NCBI GenBank assembly: GCA_963758225.1
Contig: CAVWUJ010000003.1
Span: 181,074-205,073 of the forward strand
DNA length: 24,000 nt
Origin: an uncultured Alphaproteobacteria bacterium
Lineage (GTDB): Bacteria; Pseudomonadota; Alphaproteobacteria; Rhizobiales; Xanthobacteraceae
Direction: 5' to 3'
A model generated the notes under the pieces. The model saw only the letters and a list, made by a program, of their open reading frames with translations, was not told the origin of the DNA and ran no database searches. This document shows, piece by piece, positions 7,644-16,611 of the stretch (position 1 is the first letter of the stretch; each line of letters starts with the position of its first letter). The position numbers and the translations under genes were made by a program.

Positions 7644-8086
7644 CGGCGCAAAACCCGACCGCCGCGGACGTGATCCGGCTGCTTGACCTCAAGCCGCATC
7701 CCGAGGGCGGGCACTATCGCGAGACCTTCCGCGATCCGCGCACGGTCGAGGGCGGCCGCGCGGCTTCGACCGCGATTTACTTTCTGCTCGCGCGCGGCGA
7801 GCGTTCGCACTGGCACCGCGTGGATGCGGTCGAGACCTGGCACTGGCACGCCGGCGCGCCGCTGCGTCTGTCGATCGCCGACCGGGTGCGGCACGAGACC
7901 CTGACGCTCGGCCCCGATCTCGCGGCGGGCGAGCGCCCGCAGGGCATCGTGCCGGCCCATGCCTGGCAGTCCGCGGAATCGCTGGGCGACTGGACGCTGG
8001 TGGGCTGCACGGTCGCGCCGGGCTTCGAATTTTCGGGCTTCGAACTGGCGCCGCCCGGCTGGGAGCCGGGTCGAGAGCCGGGCTGA
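7622..8086 (+). CDS. DUF985 / Cupin_5 family protein of unknown function
   Basis: It shows the DUF985 signatures LKPHPEGGHYRETFRD, STAIYFLL, WHRV...ETWHWHAG and LVGCTVAPGFEFSGFEL. The start is uncertain. TTG 7622 is preceded by GGAGAG at 7611-7616 and overlaps the epmB stop (7641-7643). The alternative is GTG 7670. Confidence 0.8.
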   Translation: MLSAENLTAQNPTAADVIRLLDLKPHPEGGHYRETFRDPRTVEGGRAASTAIYFLLARGERSHWHRVDAVETWHWHAGAPLRLSIADRVRHETLTLGPDLAAGERPQGIVPAHAWQSAESLGDWTLVGCTVAPGFEFSGFELAPPGWEPGREPG

Positions 8087-8244
8087 CGATCCGGCCGAAA
8101 AGCCCTCGAACACCAGCGGTGCCGGCTTCGGACGACCGCATCCTGTCAAGTGGAGAAAGCCCCGCCCGGAGGATCGTTTTCTGCCGGGTCTGTGATAAAT
8201 CTGGCGGGCGGTCGGGACACTGGCCGGCGTGGGACGTTGCGTCG

Positions 8245-11200
8245 ATGGCATCGGGGGCGAACAGACCGGACTTGCGCCGAAGCGGGGGGCGCGCGCATGG
8301 CGTGCTGCTCGCCGGCACGGCGCTGGTCGCGCCGGCGGCGCTTGCCGTCTTCCTGATGAGCCCGAAAGCTCTGGCCGCCTGCAGCACCACCACCCCGGCG
8401 GACGGCGACACGGTGAACTGCGTCGGGCAGGAAACCAACCCCATCGGCGACCCGTTTTCTCCGCCGAACGGCGTGACAGTGAACGTCGCGCCCGGCGCAT
8501 CAATCACGGTCGGCGACGACCAGCAGGCCATCCAGCTCGACTCACAGAACAGGGTGTTCAACAACGGCACGATCACGGTCGGCGACGGCATCAACCTGCC
8601 GGCAATAGGCGTCCTGCTGTTCGGCAACGACAACATCGTGGTCAACGACGGCTCGATCGTTGCAGGCAACACCGGAAACCAGATCACCAGCGGCATCTTT
8701 GTCTTCGGCAACGACACGCAGGTCACCAACAACGGTCTGGTTCAGGTCGGCAACGGCGACACGGCGAACGGTCCGACCCGCGGAATCTCGGTCGGCGACG
8801 ATTCCTTCGTCACCAACAACGGCCGGATCGTCGGCGGCAGCCTGTCCTACGGAATCTCCGCCTGCTGCGACAACGTCATCGTCAACTCCGCCACCGGCAC
8901 GATCACGCTCGGCGATTCCAGCCTGGGCATCGCTGCGACCGACCGGAACCAAATCCGAAACCACGGCACGATCATCGTTGGCAGCGTGATGAATCCCGGC
9001 TTCGCCGCGGTCGGCATCGACGCGCTCGACGACAACACGATCATCAACAGCGGCGGCATCGCCGTCGGAAACGGTCTCGGCGGCCAGAACGCTTTCGGCA
9101 TCCGGGTGCGAAGCGGCAACACGGTGACCAACACCGGCACGATCGCCGTCGGTAATCTCGCCAAAGGAATTGCCGTCGGCACCGGCGGCGGCGCCAACAC
9201 GATCGTTAACGCGGGATCGATCCGCGGCGGCAACCAGTCGATCGGCATCGAAGGCCTGTTCGACGGCATGACCATCGACAACAGCGGATTGCTCGCTGTC
9301 GGCGACGGGCCGGGCGCGGCCGGCATCCTGTTCAACAACGGCACGGCCACCAACACCGGCACGATTGTCGTCGGCGCCGACGGAATCGGCATCGCCGCAG
9401 CCGCCGACAACGCGCAGATCGTCAACTCCGGCGCGATCATGACCGGCGCGAACGGCGCCGGCATCGACCTGCTCGCCGGAACCACGGGCGGCGGCATCCA
9501 GAACTCGGGAACGATCCTCGCCGGCCCCGGGGGCTTCGGTGTGCGCTTCAACGGCGACGGCACGCTGACCAACACCGGCTTCGTCGGCGCTGGCGCCGGC
9601 GGCTACAGCATCTTCTCCTGCAATTGCGCGACCGCCGCGATCGACAACTTCGGCACCCTGAGCGGGCTGGTCGAGACCCGCGGGCCCGCGACCTTCCGCA
9701 ACTTCGGCTTCATCGGCATCGCCGGCACCGCAGCACAGACTCCGATTGGACCGTTCAGCTTCAACATCAGCCATTTCGGCGGTCTCGGCACCGGCACGTT
9801 CGAGCAGCTTGCCGCCGGCACGCTCTCCATGCGCGTCGCGCCGGGCGCGCCCGCTCCGATCGACGGCCTGCTCTCCGACACCGTCACGCTCGCAGGCACG
9901 CTGCGCGCCGCGATCCAGCCCGGCCTCTACGGCAACACCACGGTCACGGATCCCGCCGTCTCGCTGACCGGCAACGGCGCGGCCAACATCACCACCACGT
10001 TCGACCGCTTCGCATCGTCCTCGCCGTTCTTCACCGTGACGCCGATCTACAACGGCGGCGCCGGCCTGCCGACCGACTACAACAACCTGACGCTGCAGCT
10101 CGACCGCATCGCGTTCGGCTCCGTTCCCGGCCTCACGCCCAACCAGCGCGCGGTCGGCAACGCGCTCGAAGCCGTCTATGCCGCCGGTGCGCCGACGGGC
10201 AACGCGGCGACGCTGTTCTCGAATCTGTTCACAGCGACCTCTGCGAACGCACTCGACCAGCTCTCGGGCCAGAGCCTTGCGGGCGCGCAGAACGCGGCGT
10301 TCGGCGCGGCCTCGCAATTCACCGGCGGCATGATGAGCCAGGGCCTTTTCGGGGCCAGCGGCGCGGGCGGCGGCGCACCGCTCGCCTATGCGCCGGAGCC
10401 CGCGGACCGTGACGCCCAGGGCCGCGATGCCTTTGCGTCATTCAAGGCGACGCGCGCACCGGCGGTCTCCGAACGCTGGCGTGTCTGGGCACTGGGCTTC
10501 GCCTCGACCCGCAGGCTCGACGGCGGGAGCGATCCCGGCATCGCCGGCCAGCGCATCCGCAGCGGCGGCGGCGGCTTCGGCGTGGAGCGCCGGCTCGGCC
10601 ACGATCTGGTGTTCGGCGTGTCGGTGGCCGCCAGCGAGACCAGCTTCTCGGCCGGCGATCTGGGCACCAGCGGCCGCGCCACCGGTGGACATCTCGGTGC
10701 TTATGCCGTGAAGCGCTGGGGCGCGCTCTATGGCGCGGCCAGCATCGCCTATGCCCACCTCGACAACCGCACCACCCGCACCGTGACCGGGCTCGGCCCG
10801 GCGGAATCGCTGCATGGCCGCTTCGCAGGCGACCAGCTTGCCGGCCGGCTCGAACTGGGGTTGACCAAAGCCTATGCGCGCTTCGCCGTCACACCGTTCG
10901 TGGCGATTGAGCCGTCGGTGCTGTGGCAGCGCGGCTTCACCGAGACCGGCGGCATTCTCGCGCTCGACGTCGCGCGCCGCACGGCCGGCTCGCTGCCGCT
11001 GTTCCTCGGAGCGCAGATCGACGCCACGCATACGCTCGCAGGCGGCGAGACGCTCGCGACCTACGGCCGCGTGTCGTGGGTGCACGAGTTCCTGCCGAAC
11101 CGGGACATCACGGCCGCGCCGGTCAGCGTGCCGCAGGCCTCGTTCACCGTCGCGGGCGCGCGCGACGCTCGCGATGCGCTGCGACTGGAGACCGGAGCGA

Positions 11201-11307
11201 CGCTTGCGCTGCGCTCCTCATGGTCGCTGTTCGCCAATCTCTCCGGCGAGTTTTCCGACCGTTCCAGCGGCTACGGCCTGAGTGGCGGCCTGCGGACGGT
11301 GTGGTAA
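8245..11307 (+). CDS. Autotransporter outer-membrane protein (type Va): beta-helical repeat passenger plus C-terminal beta-barrel
   Basis: About 1020 aa from ATG 8245, with an N-terminal signal sequence (RRSGGRAHGVLLAGTALVAPAALAVFLM...ALAAC). It has 16 copies of a hydrophobic-x-N-x-G-x-I-x-V-G motif. The C-terminal ~280 aa show alternating beta-strand pattern and end ...GYGLSGGLRTVW, with a terminal aromatic residue. The track ORF opens at 8119. Confidence 0.85.
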   Translation: MASGANRPDLRRSGGRAHGVLLAGTALVAPAALAVFLMSPKALAACSTTTPADGDTVNCVGQETNPIGDPFSPPNGVTVNVAPGASITVGDDQQAIQLDSQNRVFNNGTITVGDGINLPAIGVLLFGNDNIVVNDGSIVAGNTGNQITSGIFVFGNDTQVTNNGLVQVGNGDTANGPTRGISVGDDSFVTNNGRIVGGSLSYGISACCDNVIVNSATGTITLGDSSLGIAATDRNQIRNHGTIIVGSVMNPGFAAVGIDALDDNTIINSGGIAVGNGLGGQNAFGIRVRSGNTVTNTGTIAVGNLAKGIAVGTGGGANTIVNAGSIRGGNQSIGIEGLFDGMTIDNSGLLAVGDGPGAAGILFNNGTATNTGTIVVGADGIGIAAAADNAQIVNSGAIMTGANGAGIDLLAGTTGGGIQNSGTILAGPGGFGVRFNGDGTLTNTGFVGAGAGGYSIFSCNCATAAIDNFGTLSGLVETRGPATFRNFGFIGIAGTAAQTPIGPFSFNISHFGGLGTGTFEQLAAGTLSMRVAPGAPAPIDGLLSDTVTLAGTLRAAIQPGLYGNTTVTDPAVSLTGNGAANITTTFDRFASSSPFFTVTPIYNGGAGLPTDYNNLTLQLDRIAFGSVPGLTPNQRAVGNALEAVYAAGAPTGNAATLFSNLFTATSANALDQLSGQSLAGAQNAAFGAASQFTGGMMSQGLFGASGAGGGAPLAYAPEPADRDAQGRDAFASFKATRAPAVSERWRVWALGFASTRRLDGGSDPGIAGQRIRSGGGGFGVERRLGHDLVFGVSVAASETSFSAGDLGTSGRATGGHLGAYAVKRWGALYGAASIAYAHLDNRTTRTVTGLGPAESLHGRFAGDQLAGRLELGLTKAYARFAVTPFVAIEPSVLWQRGFTETGGILALDVARRTAGSLPLFLGAQIDATHTLAGGETLATYGRVSWVHEFLPNRDITAAPVSVPQASFTVAGARDARDALRLETGATLALRSSWSLFANLSGEFSDRSSGYGLSGGLRTVW
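8554..9720 (+). repeat. Intragenic degenerate tandem repeats encoding the passenger beta-helix rungs (about 16 units, roughly 60-80 nt each)
   Basis: The motifs are VFNNGTITVG, VVNDGSIVAG, VTNNGLVQVG, VTNNGRIVGG, IVNSATGTITLG, IRNHGTIIVG, IINSGGIAVG, VTNTGTIAVG, IVNAGSIRGG, IDNSGLLAVG, ATNTGTIVVG, IVNSGAIMTG, IQNSGTILAG, LTNTGFVGAG, IDNFGTLSG and FRNFGFIGI. The DNA-level recurrence aacaccggcacgat appears near 9129 and 9352. Confidence 0.75.
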
Positions 11308-11340
11308 CGATCAGCGCCGCCCGCCGTGCTCGCTCATAAG

Positions 11341-11406
11341 CCGTCGATTATTTGTTCGAGCACGATCTTGTCCGAAAACCGTTCCCGCCTTTCTTGGATC
11401 ATGCTC
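11341..11406. repeat. Palindromic intergenic element, family B, copy 1 (possible bidirectional terminator)
   Basis: ccgtcgattatttgttcgagcacgatcttgtccgaaaaccgttcccgcctttcttggatcatgctc. The outer arms gagcacgatc / gatcatgctc are near-complementary. A second copy lies at 22022-22090. The element sits between the convergent autotransporter and phaB ends and overlaps the phaB stop codon (11405-11407). Confidence 0.7.
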
Positions 11407-12130
11407 AGGCGAAATACTGGCCGCCGTTGGCCGAGATCGTCGAGCCGGTGATCAGCCCGGCCTCGTCGGACGCCAGGAACACCACGCAGCGCGCGATTTC
11501 CTCGGCCTCGCCAAGCCGGCCGATCGGGATCTGCGGCAGGATGTTCTTCTCCAGCACGTCCTTCGGCACCGCCTGCACCATCTCGGTGTTGATGTAGCCC
11601 GGCGCGATCGCATTCACCGTGATGCCGGCGCGCGCGCCCTCCTGCGCCAGCGCCTTGGTGAAGCCGATCTCGCCGGCCTTGGCGGCGGAGTAATTGGTCT
11701 GGCCCATCTGGCCCTTCTGGCCGTTGATCGACGAGATGTTGACGATGCGGCCGAACTTGCGCTCGCGCATGCCGTTGATCACCGGCTGGCACATGTTGAA
11801 CAGCGAGCCGAGGTTGGTGTCGATCACCTGCTTCCACTGTTCGGGCTTCATGCGATGAAGCATGGCGTCGCGGGTGATGCCGGCGTTGTTGACCAGCACC
11901 TCGACCGGGCCGAGATCGGCCTCCACCTGCTTCAGCCCGGCGGCGCAGGCCTCGTAGGACGAGACATCCCACTTGTAGACCGCGATCCCGGTCTCGGCCT
12001 TGAACTTCTGCGCGGCCTCGTCGTTACCGGCGTAATTCGCCGCAACCATGTAACCCGCCGCCTTCAGCGCCTTGGAAATCGCCGCTCCGATACCGCGTGT
12101 TCCACCCGTCACCACAGCCACGCGAGACAT
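11405..12130 (-). CDS. phaB: Acetoacetyl-CoA reductase (NADPH-dependent SDR)
   Basis: 241 aa with a GGAGGG RBS. It has the SDR motifs VTGGTRGIG, NNAGIT and YSAAKAG, resembles PhbB closely over its whole length, and lies immediately downstream of the thiolase gene. Confidence 0.92.
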   Translation of the reverse strand: MSRVAVVTGGTRGIGAAISKALKAAGYMVAANYAGNDEAAQKFKAETGIAVYKWDVSSYEACAAGLKQVEADLGPVEVLVNNAGITRDAMLHRMKPEQWKQVIDTNLGSLFNMCQPVINGMRERKFGRIVNISSINGQKGQMGQTNYSAAKAGEIGFTKALAQEGARAGITVNAIAPGYINTEMVQAVPKDVLEKNILPQIPIGRLGEAEEIARCVVFLASDEAGLITGSTISANGGQYFA

Positions 12131-12173
12131 GAGTCGCCCTCCGAAAAGAAATTTATCGTTCGTGTCTGTCGTC

Positions 12174-12262
12174 CGTCATGGCCGGGCTTGTCCCGGCCAT
12201 CCACGACTTGCCTGCGCTCAAGCTTAAAGACGTGGATGCCCGGCACAAGGCCGGGCATGACG
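12174..12262. repeat. Nested-palindrome REP element, family C (two inverted hairpin modules)
   Basis: The left arm is cgtcatggccgggcttgtcccggccatccacg (12174-12205). The right arm is cgtggatgcccggcacaaggccgggcatgacg (12231-12262). The arms are near-reverse-complements, and each contains its own 7-bp GC stem. A single-hairpin relative lies at 19086-19108. Confidence 0.75.
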
Positions 12263-12281
12263 CTATTGGGGGAGCGGAACG

Positions 12282-13590
<1,309 letters not shown>

Positions 13591-13720
13591 TCACGGGCTC
13601 GGCCCCCGTTTGCGGCAGCGCCCAGGGCGGTCTCGGCACTGCACAAACAAGTGGCCGGCAGATTGGAAACCGCTTAGCTTTGTGACAGGCGGCAACAACG
13701 TGCGGGGGCGGGCGGATCAC

Positions 13721-14326
13721 ATGGCGAAATCCGAAGAGCCGATCACCATCAAGAAGTACGCGAACCGGCGCCTCTACAACACCGGGACCAGCACGTACGT
13801 CACCCTGGAAGACCTCGCGGCGATGGTGAAGACCGGCGAGGATTTCTTGGTCTACGACGCCAAAACGGGGGAAGACATCACCCGCACCGTGCTGACCCAG
13901 ATCATCTTCGAGCAGGAGAACAAGGAGGGGCAGAACCTGCTGCCCATCAACTTCCTGCGCCAGCTCATTCGATTCTACGGCGACAGCATGCAGATGATGG
14001 TGCCGCGCTACCTGGAGATTTCGCTCGACTCGCTGACCCGCGAGCAGGAGAAGTTCCGCGGGCAGATCGCCCAGGCCTTCGGGATGGGCGGCTTCGGCGC
14101 CATCGAAGACCAGGTCCGCCGCAACATGGAGATGTTCGAGCGCACCTTTTCGATGTTCGCGCCGCCCTTCGCCCGCCAGGGTCAGTCGCCGGGTGGCGAA
14201 GCGGGCGCCGCACCGGACAAGCCCGCCCAGCCCATGCCGCAGAGCAGCGACGACATCAACAATCTGCGCCGGCAGATGGAGGAGATGCAGAAGCGTCTCG
14301 ACCGCCTGACCGACAAGGACAAGTAG
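13721..14326 (+). CDS. phaR: Polyhydroxyalkanoate synthesis repressor PhaR
   Basis: 201 aa from ATG 13721. It has the hallmark N-terminus IKKYANRRLYNTGTSTYVTLEDLAAMVK and TRTVLTQIIFEQE. It is divergent from phaA-phaB. Confidence 0.92.
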   Translation: MAKSEEPITIKKYANRRLYNTGTSTYVTLEDLAAMVKTGEDFLVYDAKTGEDITRTVLTQIIFEQENKEGQNLLPINFLRQLIRFYGDSMQMMVPRYLEISLDSLTREQEKFRGQIAQAFGMGGFGAIEDQVRRNMEMFERTFSMFAPPFARQGQSPGGEAGAAPDKPAQPMPQSSDDINNLRRQMEEMQKRLDRLTDKDK

Positions 14327-14427
14327 GCTCAGCCCCGGGGCCATCCTGAGAAACCGTGTGCCGCGCTGCGGCCGGCACCGATGCGATGCAGATTTGGCTT
14401 CATCAGCAGCGTCATCGGCGGTGCCTC

Positions 14428-14450
14428 CCCTCTCCCGGAACGGGAGAGGG
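14428..14450. repeat. GGGAGAGG-type REP hairpin, family D, H1
   Basis: ccctctcccg-gaa-cgggagaggg: a perfect 10-bp stem with a 3-nt loop. Confidence 0.8.
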
Positions 14451-14475
14451 TCGCTGAGCGCGGAACGCGCGAAGC

Positions 14476-14547
14476 CGGGAGAGGGACTTGGTCCGCGAAA
14501 CTTTGGCGATGATCAGGCGCTTGCGTCTGCCGCAAGTCCCTCTCCCG
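14476..14547. repeat. GGGAGAGG-type long inverted repeat, family D, H2
   Basis: cgggagagggacttg (14476-14490) and caagtccctctcccg (14533-14547) are perfect 15-bp reverse complements, separated by 42 nt. Confidence 0.8.
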
Positions 14548-14566
14548 CCTCGCATGCGCTCGGCAC

Positions 14567-14587
14567 CCTCTCCCCTTCGGGGAGAGG
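14567..14587. repeat. GGGAGAGG-type REP hairpin, family D, H3
   Basis: cctctcccc-ttc-ggggagagg: a perfect 9-bp stem with a 3-nt loop. Confidence 0.8.
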
Positions 14588-14653
14588 AGACAGACGGCGA
14601 CACCCGTTTCTTTGTCCGATCTGAACCGTTTCTTCGTCGGCTCCGATCGCGCC

Positions 14654-16489
14654 TCAGACCCGCACGCTCTTGCGGCGGTCGACCGGCACGACCTGGCCCC
14701 ACGGCCGTTCGATCGAGGCCAGACCGATCAAGCGGCCCTGCAGACAATCGCAGCCCCAGTCGGCGAGCAACGCCGCGGCCTCCTCGTCCTGCACCCATTC
14801 CGCGACGGTCTTGAGCCCGAGCCGGCGCGCCAGCTCGATCAGGGTCTGCACGAACACGCGGTCGTCGTCGGATCGCGTCATCGCCTGTACGAAGGCGCCA
14901 TCGATCTTGAGCACGTCGACGCCAAGCTTGCGCAGGTTGCGGAACGAGGTGGAGCCGGAGCCGAAATCGTCGATCGCGATCCGGCAGCCGAGATCCTTCA
15001 CGCGGGCGACGAAGCCGCGGGTGTCGTCGACGTCCTGGATCGCCGTCATCTCGGTGATCTCCACCGTGAGGCGTTCGGCGACGCCGGCGTTGGCCCGCAG
15101 CAGCGCGGTCAGCGCCGACCACCAGTCCGGGTCGATGGTGGAGGTCGGCGACACGTTGACGCTGGCGTTGAGCGCCGGCACCGCCGCCATCTCCGACACC
15201 AGCAGCTCCAGCACGCGATGGTCGATCATCCGCACCAGTCCGAGCCGCTCCGCCACCGGGATCACCTGGCCGGCCGGCACGATCCGTCCGTCGGCGCTGC
15301 GGATCCGCATCAGACATTCGTAGAACGTCGGCTGTCGCGTGATCGTGTCCACCACCGGCTCGAACGCCAGCAGGATGCGCCGCTCGTTCAGCGCCGAGAC
15401 GATCTCGTCGGCGGCGCGCACGTTCTCGCGGCGCAGCGCATCGCGCTCGATGTTCGGACGATAGGCCTGAAACGACCCGCGCCGCTTGGCCTTGGCCTGC
15501 GCCAGAACCTCCTGCGCGCGGCTCAGCACCTCGTGAACGTCGCGCGCATGACGCGGCGCGGTGACGCCGCCAATGGTGACGGTGACAGCGACCGGACCCG
15601 CGGAGCTGCGCACCACGTCGTCGCGCACGCCGGCGAGAAGGCGGTCGGCCGCCACGTCCATGTCCTCGGGCGTGCAGTTGTTGAGGATGATGCCGAACTT
15701 GTTGCCGGAGAACCGGCCGAGATGATCGCCGCCGCGCATCTTGGCGCGCAGCCGCTTGGCGACCGCGCCGATCACCTCGTCGGCGATGTCGAATCCGTAG
15801 GCCTCGTTGATCCGGGCGAGATTGTCGATCGCGACCAGCATGAAGCCGCAGGAGCCGCGCTGCTGGATCGCCTCGTCCAACGTCGCGGTCAGAACCTCCG
15901 CGAGGCTAAAGCGGTTCATCTCGCCGGTCAGCCCGTCGAAGCGCGACAGAAAGGCGAGCTTCTCCTCCTGCTCGTGCCGCTCGTTGATGAGGCGCAGGAT
16001 GCCGTGCGCGAATGCCGGAGCGCCATCCGGACCGGCGAACCAGCGCCCGGTGTCCTCGACCCACACCGCCGTATCGCTGCCGGGCGGCTTGAGCGCGTAT
16101 TGAATCTGGTAGGCGACGCCGATGCCGGTGTCGCGCGCCGCGGATTTCATGATCGCGTCGAAGCGCGTCGCGGTCGCATCCGGCGCCTGCAGCATGGCGT
16201 AGCCGCGTCCGGTGGCGATCGCTGCAGGGTCCGGCACGCCGAGCACCGCCGCCGCGTTGCCGCCCCACACCAGCGCATCGGTCGCGAGCGTCCATGTGTA
16301 GGGCACCTCGCCGACCGAGGTCATGATGACGGAAGAATCCAGCGCCGCATCCCCGGCGACCGGCGCCGGACGCAGAGAGGTCGAAGCCGACGACGCAGCA
16401 GGCTTGGCGAACACGTCGGCCGCAGCGAACACATTGGCCTCACCGGAGGCCGGCCCGGCGTTCGGACGGCGCGGATTGCGATCGATCAC
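14654..16489 (-). CDS. c-di-GMP signalling protein: PAS-like domain, degenerate GGDEF domain and EAL phosphodiesterase domain
   Basis: EAL-domain residues are present: ECLMR (EAL position), NVS, EITE, DDFGSGSTS, KIDG, AEWVQDEE and QGRLIG. The GGDEF motif is degenerate (RFSGNKFGIIL), with an RxxD (RGGD) 5 residues upstream. The N-terminal region (VPYTWTLATDALVWGG...YQIQYAL) is PAS-like. The start is set at GTG 16489, which has GGAAGG 9 nt upstream; the track ORF extends to a TTG at 16582. Confidence 0.85.
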   Translation of the reverse strand: MIDRNPRRPNAGPASGEANVFAAADVFAKPAASSASTSLRPAPVAGDAALDSSVIMTSVGEVPYTWTLATDALVWGGNAAAVLGVPDPAAIATGRGYAMLQAPDATATRFDAIMKSAARDTGIGVAYQIQYALKPPGSDTAVWVEDTGRWFAGPDGAPAFAHGILRLINERHEQEEKLAFLSRFDGLTGEMNRFSLAEVLTATLDEAIQQRGSCGFMLVAIDNLARINEAYGFDIADEVIGAVAKRLRAKMRGGDHLGRFSGNKFGIILNNCTPEDMDVAADRLLAGVRDDVVRSSAGPVAVTVTIGGVTAPRHARDVHEVLSRAQEVLAQAKAKRRGSFQAYRPNIERDALRRENVRAADEIVSALNERRILLAFEPVVDTITRQPTFYECLMRIRSADGRIVPAGQVIPVAERLGLVRMIDHRVLELLVSEMAAVPALNASVNVSPTSTIDPDWWSALTALLRANAGVAERLTVEITEMTAIQDVDDTRGFVARVKDLGCRIAIDDFGSGSTSFRNLRKLGVDVLKIDGAFVQAMTRSDDDRVFVQTLIELARRLGLKTVAEWVQDEEAAALLADWGCDCLQGRLIGLASIERPWGQVVPVDRRKSVRV

Positions 16490-16611
16490 GAGTGAACCTT
16501 CCCGGAATGAAGCGCGTTGTCCCACGCATGGACATCGCAGGACGTGAACCGGGAGCAGAAATAGCCGAGAACGTCTAAACAATCGGCAAAATGAAGCTCT
16601 GAAATCCCGGC

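Noticed and set aside
8087-8244. A promoter for the autotransporter at tgtgataaat (8191-8200), read as an extended -10.
   Set aside because: There is no acceptable -35 at 16-18 bp spacing, and AT-rich hexamers alone are not sufficient evidence, so I did not report it as a feature.
11352-11597. Small ORFs generated by repeat elements, such as 11352-11597(+) MFEHDLVRKPFPPFLDHAQ..., 12178-12396(+) MAGLVPAIHDLPALKLKDVDARHKAGHD..., and the 18965-19114 extension MAMAGLAPAI....
   Set aside because: These are translations of the palindromic intergenic repeats (families B and C). Beyond the repeat they run antisense into phaB or phaA. They are a classic source of false hypothetical proteins.
14428-14587. 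A CRISPR array suggested by the repeated GGGAGAGG hairpins.
   Set aside because: The repeats differ in length and orientation, the spacing is irregular (25 and 19 nt gaps plus one 42-nt loop), there are only three units, and no cas genes are present. This fits REP-type elements, not CRISPR.
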